IMG/VR virus record: IMGVR_UViG_3300027708_000026
Span: 32,001-96,000 of that record
Reading direction: 5' to 3' (one strand)
Length of the DNA stretch: 64,000 bases
From: a virus
Shown here: positions 51,072 through 61,185 of the stretch, piece by piece
How the letters are laid out: each line of letters begins with the position of its first letter
How positions within the stretch are numbered: the stretch's first letter is position 1
The notes under the pieces: generated by a model
The model's input: only the letters and a program-made list of their open reading frames with translations
What the model was told of the DNA's origin: nothing
Databases searched by the model: none
Made by a program: the position numbers and the translations under genes

Positions 51072-53054
51072 GTGTTTCCCGGAATCAATCCTAATGCAGT
51101 ATCTGGTAGCAAGCGGCCCGGCGCTCCTTGTAGTCCAATTGTAACCTCTGTAGTATTCACTGCAACTAGTGCCACAGTCACAGTTTCTCCCCCGGATCAT
51201 AATGGCGGAGCATATATTAGATCATATGTAGTCGTTAGCAATCCGGGAAATTTAATAGGAGCCGGTTCAAATCCTAATAATATCATAGTTTCAGGCCTGA
51301 CTCCAAATACAAATTATAATTTCACAGCATATGCGGTAAATGAAATTAGTTCAGGGACTGTTTCTATTCCTTCGGGAACAATAAAAACTTTGACTGATAT
51401 ACCGACAGCCCCAACAGGAATAATTGCTGCTGCCTCCGGCAGTACTAGTGCGACTGTAAGTTATACACAATCTTCTAGAGATAATGGTTTAACTATAACC
51501 TCATATACTGCGGTCAGCACACCTGGAGGAATTACAGCATCAACCAGCACATCTGTATCAAGCACGATATATGTTACCGGACTAAATGTTACTACCGGAT
51601 ATACATTTCAAGTGTATGCAACTAACAGCAAAGGCAACAGCCCATATAGTGCCGCAAGCAATTCGATAACAACATTTGCAGTGGTGCCAAATGCACCAAC
51701 TATCGGTACAGCAAGTATTGTAAGTGGTAATCAAATCAGTGTAAGTTATACGCCGCCCGCATACAATGGCGGATCTGCAATCACATCGTATACTGCAATT
51801 AGCAACCCCGGTGGCGTCACAGCATCTGCTGCTTCTGGAAATATTGTGTTCAGTATCAGTAATCTAATCAAGGTAACTACATATACCTTTACGGTGTATG
51901 CAACAAACGCCATTGGCAACAGTGCAGTCAGTGGGGCTAGTAATTCAGTAACAACCCCTGCAGCAGTGCCAGGAGCACCTACCATCTCATCGGTATCATT
52001 GACTGCTCCCACATCTATCACTGTGGCATATAATGCTCCGGCTGACGATGGTGGGGCAGCAATTACTTCTTATACCGCAATCAGCACACCTGGATCAATC
52101 TCGGCAACAGCTGCTCGCGCTGGAGGGGGTACGATTGTGGTCACCGGACTGTCCTATAATACCAGCTATTATTTTAGGGTATATGCTACTAATAGTATTG
52201 GGGCAGGCGCAAACAGTTCAACATCAAGTTATGTAGCCACATGGGGAAGTGCAATATATGCTACGTCAGGTAAGAGTGATCTACCTAATACATACAGCTG
52301 GGTTGCTCCCCAGGGCGTTGCTTCAGTGAGCGTAGTTGCTGTGGGCGCAGGTGGTGGCGGCAGGCTGCGAATTGATGGAAATAGTTGGTTCTGCAATGTT
52401 GATCTTGTCTCGGGCAAAGGGCCAGCAACGGGTACCAGTTTAGGAAGTTCCCGTTATCAGGATAACGGCGGCACCTATGTTGGTGACGGCGGCGGCCGTG
52501 GCGGAGTCGGTGGCTCTTATACAATTAATGCCAATCTCTTCCACGAGGGAGCAGGTGGTGGCGCAGGCGGATATACTGCTGCTGGCGGAGCTGGTGCAAA
52601 TGGGCGCAGCGGCTGCATCGGCGGCACTGGCTCTGACGCTGTCAGCGGAGGTGGCGGAGGTGGTGGAGGTGCAAATAACTATCCATCAGGCCGGAGAGAT
52701 GGTGGCGGCGGCGTTGGATTATATGGACTGGGTCTCACCGGCGCCGCCGGCGGCAAGGGTGGTAGTGGCGGGGGAGATACATATGGTACTTGTCTACAGG
52801 GATGCGGTGGTAATTACGGAGGCGGTGGTGGAGCATCTTTTGGCAAATTCGGCTGCGGCGCCGGTGGGGGTGGTGGACTAGGTTGGAAAAATAATATTAC
52901 AGTGACACCGGGACAAACATACACAGTCCAAGTCGGCGCTCGGGGCGCGGACGGACGGTGCAGGGGCGGAGCCGGTGCAGTACGCATAGTGTGGCCTGCT
53001 TCGAGTTCTGGCGGAAATCGCGAATTCCCGTCAACCAACGTGTCAGCTCCATAA
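51072..53054 (+). CDS. Protein with four fibronectin type III domains and a glycine-rich C-terminal domain
   Basis: Four PxAP...PxxNGGxxITSYTA.S.PG...YTFxVYATNxxG units; GC-richer Gly-rich C-terminus. Confidence 0.85.
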   Translation: MFPGINPNAVSGSKRPGAPCSPIVTSVVFTATSATVTVSPPDHNGGAYIRSYVVVSNPGNLIGAGSNPNNIIVSGLTPNTNYNFTAYAVNEISSGTVSIPSGTIKTLTDIPTAPTGIIAAASGSTSATVSYTQSSRDNGLTITSYTAVSTPGGITASTSTSVSSTIYVTGLNVTTGYTFQVYATNSKGNSPYSAASNSITTFAVVPNAPTIGTASIVSGNQISVSYTPPAYNGGSAITSYTAISNPGGVTASAASGNIVFSISNLIKVTTYTFTVYATNAIGNSAVSGASNSVTTPAAVPGAPTISSVSLTAPTSITVAYNAPADDGGAAITSYTAISTPGSISATAARAGGGTIVVTGLSYNTSYYFRVYATNSIGAGANSSTSSYVATWGSAIYATSGKSDLPNTYSWVAPQGVASVSVVAVGAGGGGRLRIDGNSWFCNVDLVSGKGPATGTSLGSSRYQDNGGTYVGDGGGRGGVGGSYTINANLFHEGAGGGAGGYTAAGGAGANGRSGCIGGTGSDAVSGGGGGGGGANNYPSGRRDGGGGVGLYGLGLTGAAGGKGGSGGGDTYGTCLQGCGGNYGGGGGASFGKFGCGAGGGGGLGWKNNITVTPGQTYTVQVGARGADGRCRGGAGAVRIVWPASSSGGNREFPSTNVSAP

Positions 53055-53060
53055 TAAATA
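53054..53060 (+). promoter_or_regulatory. Late promoter ATAAATA
   Basis: Overlaps the previous stop codon; upstream of AAGGA SD and ATG 53083. Confidence 0.55.
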
Positions 53061-53082
53061 GTATGGTAATCAAAGGATTTAA

Positions 53083-56000
53083 ATGTCATTCCCAGTAAAC
53101 CCAACCAGTGGACAGATCGCTGTAGTTAATAATATTGTATATTCTTATAACTCTTCAGGTACCGGTTATTGGACTAGAGTAGCAGCAAATACCAGTACAC
53201 TTGCGATCACTGTTGCATCTTTAAACATTGCAAATACATCTAGCAGCACGTCAACTACAACCGGAGCATTGATAGTTTCTGGCGGCGTGGGCATTGGTGG
53301 CGCCGTTTATATCGGAACATCTTCTTATATTGCTGGCGCACAGATCATTACCACTGCTACCATTGGATTGTATGCTGCGGCATCCTCAGCCAGTACTGGT
53401 ACAACTAGCACATTCACTATTTTAAGTACAGCAAATAGTTTTAGTACCACTACAGGCGCATTGCAGGTGCGTGGCGGTGCAGGCATTGGCGGTAACTTAT
53501 ATGTCGGCGGAGCACTAAATGTTGTTGGAGTCAGCACATTAACTGGCAATTTATACACGTCAATCATTTATGATATTGCTGATACAAATTACCAAACATA
53601 TCTATGGCCCACTGATACCAGTAAAATAGTCGGACTTTCAGCCAGGGGATCTGAGGTGGGCACCGGAAATGACACGCAGATTGGTTCTATATCAGTAACT
53701 CGAGGAGCAATTACTGCCGCGAATACTGCAACATTCTATGGGTTGTATAATAGGTCACTCAGTTATGCCGCAGGTATTGGTATAGATTTCAACGGCAATT
53801 TATGGTTTGGTAAAGTATCTGGTGGCGGTTCTGCATCCACTAGACAAAGCAATTTATTTTATAGTGATAATTCCGGCAACGTATATGCAGGCAATTCTTT
53901 TAGATCAAATGTATTTTATGCCAACAACACTGCATACTTTTTAGATTTTGCCACCACTGCTACTAAACATACTATACTATCAAATGCAGTCAGCACTGAT
54001 TTGATTGGCTACGATCCTGCTATAGGAGTTTACATTGGCGGCACTGACAATAGGTACCTAACCAATGGTACGACATCGTCTGGCGGTCCACTATGGGTGA
54101 TGACCGGCACCACTTATAATCTAATACATTCAGGAAATATTTCACAATATGCAGGAGCTTCAAGTACTACAACATTTACTAACCCTGTAATAATTAGATT
54201 AAACACTGTTGATACCATTGGCTCTACAGCTTCTACTCATTTAACATTAATTAACCCCAATACCGGCGCTGCCAGTTCTGGAATTTATTGGAGATTTGCC
54301 AATCAGTCTGAGATACGTGCTAGCCTGCGTGTGAATGACTCTGGCGATATTATACATAATTCTTTGAGCGGGAATTATAGATTCCAGCAAGATTCTGGTT
54401 CAAGTGCAACTAATTTTTTAAATTCTACAACATCATTTATGAGCGTCGATGGCGCAGGAAATGTATCGTTCCCTAAAAATATCACTGCTGCAAAATTAAT
54501 CGACTACGATGATAATACATATTATCTAGATCCTAACTCTACTTCAACTATCAATCAGTTAACAATGAAAGGATTGTTTACAGCCACTGTTGTAGGCACA
54601 GCTAATACCTGGACTGATGTAGTTCTTGCCACTTCAAATCAAGGCGGAACATATATCACTGCCAATAGACCAACTGTAGCCACTGGGGATGTGGGATATA
54701 AATGGTCAACTGGAAACTCTGCAATTTGGACCAATTACATACCAGCAAACGATGCGTATACATTGACATGGGGATTGCTCGGCGTCAAACAGTTCACTAT
54801 GAATAGTGCTGGCAACATGTCAACACAGGTTCAAGGAGCAGCAATAGGGTCTCCTCAATTTTATGATGCCAACAATTCCAGTTACTATATAAAACCTTCG
54901 GGATATTCATACTTAAACTCTTTAAACTTAGGCGGCTTGATCACCGGAATTAGCACAGGTACGGGCATACGTGTATTCAACAACGGTTCAAATAGTTTCA
55001 CCAGCACGGTATTCTGGGGAGTCCCAACGTTAAATTATTATTGGAACTGGCAAACCGACGCCGGCGGCAATGCAGCGTTATGGGGTTATCCATTTAACAA
55101 TACTTCTACAAGAGTATTAACAGTAACTCCATCAGGCAATTGGGGATTCAATCAATCGACATTACCTGGTGATGTTGACATGATCGGCGGTATATCAGTC
55201 ACTGGTACTGGAACTACGCAAGTCAGTGTTATGAAAGGTTCGACGTCCGGATTCTCATTGAGAGTTTCAGATACAGTCTTTGGTGATTTTTCACTTTATG
55301 ATAAGGCCCAGGGTAGTTGGAAATTGGCAATCAATGCGGCCAGGGGATCGGTTGGTGTTAATGCCACTGCCAATGCCGCATATGGATTGAATGTCGGCGG
55401 TGATATTAACATCGGCGGCAACATTTATCAAAACGGATCTGCCCTTACCAACAATGTCAACACTGGCACATTTTCTGCAAATCAATATGCATGGTATGGA
55501 ACTACTGGTGCAGGTGTTAGTCTTACACAAAATAATACATTTGAGACCAGTGCTATTTTTGGTGCGGATCATGTATTGGGTAGCGGATCTTTATATGATT
55601 TATTAGCATGGAATCCACCGAACACCACTGAATATTATAATTTTAATGGATTTACATTTGCATGGATCTCTGATGCAACAGATGTTAAACCTCTGTTCAA
55701 CGGACAAAACTCTCAGATATCAGTCAGTAATAACTATACGCTTACCGGCGCAACTAAACAAGGTGTTAGATTTACTTGGAGTACCTTTAGTAATAGATTC
55801 TGGGATGCATTATTGATCACTGGAAATACCGCAGGTGTAGCCTTAGATGTAACTATAGAAAGTTCTAATGACGGCGGGACAACCATCGTTACTCATGTTA
55901 GTCGAGCATCTATCGGATCTACAGCAGTAAATGGTATGCACTACTTGAGAAATCAAGCAACCAATGCTAGTACTGGACAATGGTTTAGATTGACCATTAG

Positions 56001-58959
56001 AGAAACAACTGCTGTCACGGCTAGTGTTAATTTATACAACATAAGTCTTCTAGGAACTAAAGGCGCTGCTAACAGATTACTCAACTGGGATAATCAAAGA
56101 AATATAACTACCTACGGTAATTTAACAACCAATGTAGTTTATGATACAAATAATACTAGTTATTATCTCTCTCCTTCCAAGACTTCTAATCTGTTTACTG
56201 CAACACTGGCAGGTGACTTACTGACACAGGGACAGGGTAGATTTACTGGCTGGCAAAATAATGTCGCCACTGCCACTAGAACTGCTGGATTAGGCGTTGA
56301 AGTGGGAGTTAATGCAGGTGCTGCATCGATATCAGCGTACAATAGAACTTCTGGGTTATATGACACACTGGGGATTTACGGAAGTCCGATCAAAATAATT
56401 CCCCAAACAACTGCTTCAGTATATATTGGCGGAACATGGTACGATAACGATGATCCTAGATATTATGTTAAACCTGCCACCGGCACCGTAATCACCAATT
56501 TGAAAGCATTTGGATTGGTACAGGTTGTCAATACGGGCGGCAGCAGTTATAATGAGAATATTAGACTACCTAGGGCAGCCGATGGTATTGCCATGGTTTC
56601 GATGGCCACCGATCTTTCTGGAACTGGAAATATTTTAGGCCAATGGAATATTGTTGTACAACCGACTACTGGCGGTGTTAATCAAGGTCAATTTAGCATA
56701 CTCAACGGAAGTACAGCGTCATTCAGCATTGCCACTGCAACCAGCACAGCAACATTTGCGGCCAATGTGTATGCTCCAAAATATCTACAGGTAGGTGCAG
56801 ATCAAACCTTTTTTATACAACAGGGACAAACATCCTATTTAAATGCACTACAGGTTGGTCCAATTGGCGGGTTGTTTGATGTATTGACAAAAGGTCCGTT
56901 GGATGATTACGCAAATACATTCACGTATGTGCATACTTCCTTAGGGGGAATTGGTGACCCTTTAAGAGATTTCAACACCGCAACATTGAGCTATGCATCT
57001 TATTCGGGATCTTTTTACGCAAATGCCAATACACCGGCATCGACTAATAACTGGTATACACTGTATCAAGCTGCCCATCGCGGAGGATCAGCTCCTAATG
57101 GTCCAGATTATAGTAGTCAAATCGCACTGCCAATGACCAGTGCGGATGCTCGTGATTATACTAGAATGTTTTTTAGGGTAAAAAATAATACCTCTTGGAA
57201 ATCTTGGGCAGAAGTTTTTACTGTGGGCGCAACAAATCAGTCACAGGGATATACAATATACGCTCAAACGCTTTATGATTATGCCGATACTCGTTACAGT
57301 ATATCCCCTAGTGGAACGTCGACGCTGTTAAATCTAAAGACTTATGGGTCTATCTCTGGATACCTATCAGGTACACCTACCGCTGCTAGTTCTGGCGTCG
57401 TAGGCCCTCCCGATACTCGCGTGCCTGCACTACCTAGATTGGGATCTGCTGAATGGATATTCCCTAGCACTACAGATGCCAATATTGGAACAAGTATAGG
57501 TGATTCTGGGTTGCCGGCCGGAAATAGAACCGTATATAGAGAGGGCTTATATACTTGGAAAAGTGCAACTAGTGCATTGGGTCCCACTGGATCGACCACT
57601 CCGTACTATGCAGCAGTTGGATTTGGCGCCGGCAGTAATGGTGCAGCAGAAATTGCAGCGTATCTGATATCCGGCGGTGCAGCCAACGATCAAGCAGTTG
57701 GACTACACTTTAGGACCTTGCGTGATAATGGTGCTGCTCCTTGGTCCAAGTGGACACAAATATTAAATTCGACCACGCACGTATACGCAGCCAATTTAAA
57801 TCAAAATTTAAGAACCACTGACAGCCCAACATTTAGTAGCATAACATTAACCAATACTCCAACATTTAACCAAATAAAAGCTGGTTCTTACTGGATCACC
57901 GGTGGCGACAATAATCAAGCCAAGTTCATAATGCCATGGAATGGCAATAATCAAGGCGGCATTGGTCCTTACTATGCTCCGGCCAACCCTCCAATAACAA
58001 CTAGTCCTAGCGATCTTCAGAGTTTTAGATTTGATGAAGTATCATTATCTGGAACTTCACCTACTTATCAATCAGCATATCAAGGCAGTACAGCAGTTTG
58101 TATATATTTAGGCGCTAAAAAGATATTTGGCTCGTCCGGTGCCGCCGCCTGGCACGATACTGTAACTGGACTGAATGATTCCAATTTCCTCCTCAGCCTC
58201 ATAGCCTCCGGTGTTACTAGACTCGGTGCAGCAGAATTTAAAAACGGTATCACACTAACTGGCGATAATATAACCGCAAATCAAAGCGGCCGACTTAATC
58301 TCACACCGGGTCGCGGTATATTTGATGCGAGCTACTCATTTAATAAATCGACTGTAAACGTATCTTCATTCGGTACTGTTGCAACTTTTGGACCTGGTTT
58401 ATTTGGTTGGGATGGGTACGTAATTGGCGGAAATGCTTCTGCATATGATGCATCTTTTATTAAGCAAAGTACAGGTCCAGAATTTGCTCTACGCGGCGGC
58501 GGTAGCCATTGGGCGATATATGCAAATGGTGCGGATGCCGGCGGCATAAGACGGATATCTTTGAATTCTGATACTGGAGGATTGATAAATGGTTCCTATT
58601 CAGTATCTGTTGGAGGAACACTCTATTGTACGCAGAACATATACGCTTACTCAGATAGGCGTAAAAAAACTAATATTGCCACTATTGACAACGCCTTGGG
58701 TAAAGTGCTGCAACTTAGGGGAGTCTACTATAATAGAATTGACCCTGAACCTGAAGACATTGGTCGAAGAGATATAGGGGTTATCGCACAGGAAGTATTA
58801 GAAGTATTGCCAGAAGCTGTAAAACATTCTGAGCACACTGATGAATACAGCGTTAACTACGGTAATATGGCAGGAATTTTCATCGAGGCTATAAAAGATC
58901 TTAAGAAAGAACTTGATGAATTAAAAGCAGAATTAAATATGCTCAAGGGCAATAAATAA
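53083..58959 (+). CDS. Long tail fibre protein, 1958 aa, with C-terminal peptidase S74 intramolecular chaperone
   Basis: YAYSDRRKKTNI...ALGKVLQLRGVYY...GVIAQEV...VNYGNMAGIFIEAIKDL + coiled coil is the S74 chaperone pattern. Confidence 0.9.
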   Translation: MSFPVNPTSGQIAVVNNIVYSYNSSGTGYWTRVAANTSTLAITVASLNIANTSSSTSTTTGALIVSGGVGIGGAVYIGTSSYIAGAQIITTATIGLYAAASSASTGTTSTFTILSTANSFSTTTGALQVRGGAGIGGNLYVGGALNVVGVSTLTGNLYTSIIYDIADTNYQTYLWPTDTSKIVGLSARGSEVGTGNDTQIGSISVTRGAITAANTATFYGLYNRSLSYAAGIGIDFNGNLWFGKVSGGGSASTRQSNLFYSDNSGNVYAGNSFRSNVFYANNTAYFLDFATTATKHTILSNAVSTDLIGYDPAIGVYIGGTDNRYLTNGTTSSGGPLWVMTGTTYNLIHSGNISQYAGASSTTTFTNPVIIRLNTVDTIGSTASTHLTLINPNTGAASSGIYWRFANQSEIRASLRVNDSGDIIHNSLSGNYRFQQDSGSSATNFLNSTTSFMSVDGAGNVSFPKNITAAKLIDYDDNTYYLDPNSTSTINQLTMKGLFTATVVGTANTWTDVVLATSNQGGTYITANRPTVATGDVGYKWSTGNSAIWTNYIPANDAYTLTWGLLGVKQFTMNSAGNMSTQVQGAAIGSPQFYDANNSSYYIKPSGYSYLNSLNLGGLITGISTGTGIRVFNNGSNSFTSTVFWGVPTLNYYWNWQTDAGGNAALWGYPFNNTSTRVLTVTPSGNWGFNQSTLPGDVDMIGGISVTGTGTTQVSVMKGSTSGFSLRVSDTVFGDFSLYDKAQGSWKLAINAARGSVGVNATANAAYGLNVGGDINIGGNIYQNGSALTNNVNTGTFSANQYAWYGTTGAGVSLTQNNTFETSAIFGADHVLGSGSLYDLLAWNPPNTTEYYNFNGFTFAWISDATDVKPLFNGQNSQISVSNNYTLTGATKQGVRFTWSTFSNRFWDALLITGNTAGVALDVTIESSNDGGTTIVTHVSRASIGSTAVNGMHYLRNQATNASTGQWFRLTIRETTAVTASVNLYNISLLGTKGAANRLLNWDNQRNITTYGNLTTNVVYDTNNTSYYLSPSKTSNLFTATLAGDLLTQGQGRFTGWQNNVATATRTAGLGVEVGVNAGAASISAYNRTSGLYDTLGIYGSPIKIIPQTTASVYIGGTWYDNDDPRYYVKPATGTVITNLKAFGLVQVVNTGGSSYNENIRLPRAADGIAMVSMATDLSGTGNILGQWNIVVQPTTGGVNQGQFSILNGSTASFSIATATSTATFAANVYAPKYLQVGADQTFFIQQGQTSYLNALQVGPIGGLFDVLTKGPLDDYANTFTYVHTSLGGIGDPLRDFNTATLSYASYSGSFYANANTPASTNNWYTLYQAAHRGGSAPNGPDYSSQIALPMTSADARDYTRMFFRVKNNTSWKSWAEVFTVGATNQSQGYTIYAQTLYDYADTRYSISPSGTSTLLNLKTYGSISGYLSGTPTAASSGVVGPPDTRVPALPRLGSAEWIFPSTTDANIGTSIGDSGLPAGNRTVYREGLYTWKSATSALGPTGSTTPYYAAVGFGAGSNGAAEIAAYLISGGAANDQAVGLHFRTLRDNGAAPWSKWTQILNSTTHVYAANLNQNLRTTDSPTFSSITLTNTPTFNQIKAGSYWITGGDNNQAKFIMPWNGNNQGGIGPYYAPANPPITTSPSDLQSFRFDEVSLSGTSPTYQSAYQGSTAVCIYLGAKKIFGSSGAAAWHDTVTGLNDSNFLLSLIASGVTRLGAAEFKNGITLTGDNITANQSGRLNLTPGRGIFDASYSFNKSTVNVSSFGTVATFGPGLFGWDGYVIGGNASAYDASFIKQSTGPEFALRGGGSHWAIYANGADAGGIRRISLNSDTGGLINGSYSVSVGGTLYCTQNIYAYSDRRKKTNIATIDNALGKVLQLRGVYYNRIDPEPEDIGRRDIGVIAQEVLEVLPEAVKHSEHTDEYSVNYGNMAGIFIEAIKDLKKELDELKAELNMLKGNK

Positions 58960-58975
58960 AGTTAGGAGAATAACA

Positions 58976-59371
58976 ATGTCAACATCCATTCCAGAACGAG
59001 TAGGAGTAGTCTATACAGACGGCACACCTACTGAGATTACATTTACTTGGAGAATCAAAAGCCTTAGTACCAAGAAAGAAGGCAGTTATAATAATGCGGT
59101 GGTGCAAACCTACTGGAATGTCATCGGCACAGATAGTCAAAATAAAACGGGGATATTTGATGGGGCAACACCATTTACTACATCGGGACAATCTGGATTC
59201 ATCGAATTTGCAGATTTACAAGAAGCTGATGTATTAGGTTGGATCAAGGACCAAGTGGTTGGTTCGTATGCTGATCATATTATGGAGCAAATACATCAGA
59301 AGCTTGATGCTCAGTATAATAGCATTTCTGATGCTGCTCTGCCATGGGCGCCCCCGGCTGAAACTGTCTAA
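58976..59371 (+). CDS. Small fibre-associated protein, 131 aa
   Basis: ATAAATA at 58952-58958 and AGGAG SD; FIEFADLQEADVLGWIK...LPW pattern seen after S74 fibres. Confidence 0.7.
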   Translation: MSTSIPERVGVVYTDGTPTEITFTWRIKSLSTKKEGSYNNAVVQTYWNVIGTDSQNKTGIFDGATPFTTSGQSGFIEFADLQEADVLGWIKDQVVGSYADHIMEQIHQKLDAQYNSISDAALPWAPPAETV

Positions 59372-59823
59372 TTAGTTTTAAAAATATCTAATAAAACTTC
59401 TAATTTAGCCTTGACGACTTTATTGTTAAGGCTATTTTTTACGCCCTGATGAAGTGGTTTGGGCCAGCAGTCATAATTACACCATGCGTATCCGCTATGT
59501 TCAAAATTTAATACAGGGATAAACTCTTTTTCCACGATTAGAACATAGGTATTGTACTGGAAATTATTGTCATTGGATATAAAGAGTTCTAGGGGAATGA
59601 CCTTTTTTATTTTAGGTGTAGCACCAACTTCTTCCTGAATTTCTCGATACAGTGAATCTACTACAGTAGTATCAGTGGGTTCTTTTTTGCCGCCCACTAG
59701 TCCCCAAGTGCCTAAAGTTTTTTCGTGTGTACGCATCAGCAGTAAAAATCTGCGGGTATCTTCGGCTAAAAATAATCCGCCACTGCAAATGATTTGATTT
59801 ATAGGACTAAACGCCATGACCAA
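59368..59823 (-). CDS. Nudix hydrolase
   Basis: Nudix box-like GGKKEPTDTTVVDSLYREIQEEVG; LNFEHSGYAW; start uncertain (overlaps upstream gene). Confidence 0.85.
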   Translation of the reverse strand: MVMAFSPINQIICSGGLFLAEDTRRFLLLMRTHEKTLGTWGLVGGKKEPTDTTVVDSLYREIQEEVGATPKIKKVIPLELFISNDNNFQYNTYVLIVEKEFIPVLNFEHSGYAWCNYDCWPKPLHQGVKNSLNNKVVKAKLEVLLDIFKTN

Positions 59824-61184
59824 TTACTATACAATCCTTCAAAACTCTTACTCCAATTTCCGTTATCCCACTTATACTGGATACCTGTATATGAATTAGT
59901 TATGTAGGTTGTTGTGTCAACTGATGAAGAACTGAATATTACAGACCAATCAGTTCCGTTGTATTCAATAATATCGTTAGCATAAGCAATGAAGTCAGTA
60001 CCGGTACTATTTTTCCAAGCAGTAGGCCCACTGTAGTTGGGTAATGCATGATCCGGATTTATGTCTTCCAATATTAGATATCTTGTGCCGCTGACTTTAC
60101 CAGATGGATTGAATGTGTCTGGGTTAATGATAGCATCAACCGTGCCACGGCCATTAATTACATCATTGCCGGGAATAGTATCAACATCGAAGGTCAACAT
60201 CATTTGCGTTTCGTTGTTTGGGTCAAGTCTCATAAATGCGACGATTTCATTACCGTTAGGTGTAGTTAACCGTAACTGGCTTAATCCGGCAGTGAATTTT
60301 CCTGGATATCTATCTAAAATAGCCAACCAAGATACTGGTGGTTGATTGACATCATCCCCCTGTGACTCATACGATAACGCTTCTAACTTTGCAACACCGT
60401 TCAATACCAGCAAATTAAAGTTATTAAGAGTGACCACTACTTCAGTAGTTGGCTCAGTAAATATTTGGGCAGCATATCCAGATTTTAAATCATCGAGAGC
60501 AGTGTCAGTAGTGATGGGTAAAAACACATTAGTGATAATTTTAGTGATCACATTCATCTGTTTGACCTTGGCCGGCGGTGTGATCCAAACTGGAGCCTCA
60601 AATATTAGGCTGGCAATTTCCAAGTTTTCATCCATGCCTTGCGGAACAGTCCTAGTACTCCACTGACCCTGATCTGTCAGCGACAGCATACTTAAACTGG
60701 TCCAGTCGATATAGTTGTCAGTAGTCTGTAGATCTAAAGCAGGATTAAAAATATAAGCAATCTGTTCTACTATCTGAAATTTTTGATCGCTGTTCATGGT
60801 CCATATATCTGCAGAGAATGTTATTTTATATGGACTAGGCATGATACGCTCTACAGTATAATTGCCGCCCTGTGTATTAAGTAAATTTCCGTTGGCATCA
60901 ACATCGCGTTCTCTTATCTGAACCTTACTGACAAAAGTAGGATCTTGTAATCTAGAACGATCGTATCTAAAATCTTTTATATAACAGGCAATAAATGGTG
61001 CAGACGATAGGACATTTTCGCTGCCTTTCTTCAATATTTGTGCAGTCTGTCTACTGAGATCTCCGTACCTAACTGGAATTTGTATTAAGTTTCCCTTGCC
61101 GTCCTTGTAGCTAAAGTTACTCATGACTCGTATAAACTGAGTCACGTACCTTCTTATTTGACCGTCGTAAAAATAATCACTCAT
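59799..61184 (-). CDS. Tail terminator / sheath stabiliser, gp15-like, with C-terminal extension
   Basis: YFYDGQIRRYVTQFIRVMSNF...IPVRYG, MPSPY...QKFQIVEQIAYIFNP. Confidence 0.75.
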   Translation of the reverse strand: MSDYFYDGQIRRYVTQFIRVMSNFSYKDGKGNLIQIPVRYGDLSRQTAQILKKGSENVLSSAPFIACYIKDFRYDRSRLQDPTFVSKVQIRERDVDANGNLLNTQGGNYTVERIMPSPYKITFSADIWTMNSDQKFQIVEQIAYIFNPALDLQTTDNYIDWTSLSMLSLTDQGQWSTRTVPQGMDENLEIASLIFEAPVWITPPAKVKQMNVITKIITNVFLPITTDTALDDLKSGYAAQIFTEPTTEVVVTLNNFNLLVLNGVAKLEALSYESQGDDVNQPPVSWLAILDRYPGKFTAGLSQLRLTTPNGNEIVAFMRLDPNNETQMMLTFDVDTIPGNDVINGRGTVDAIINPDTFNPSGKVSGTRYLILEDINPDHALPNYSGPTAWKNSTGTDFIAYANDIIEYNGTDWSVIFSSSSVDTTTYITNSYTGIQYKWDNGNWSKSFEGLYSNWSWRLVL

Positions 61185-61185
61185 A

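Noticed and set aside
52300-53054. GC-rich patch as a foreign insertion
   Set aside because: Explained by glycine/alanine codons of the Gly-rich domain; no flanking repeats or mobility genes
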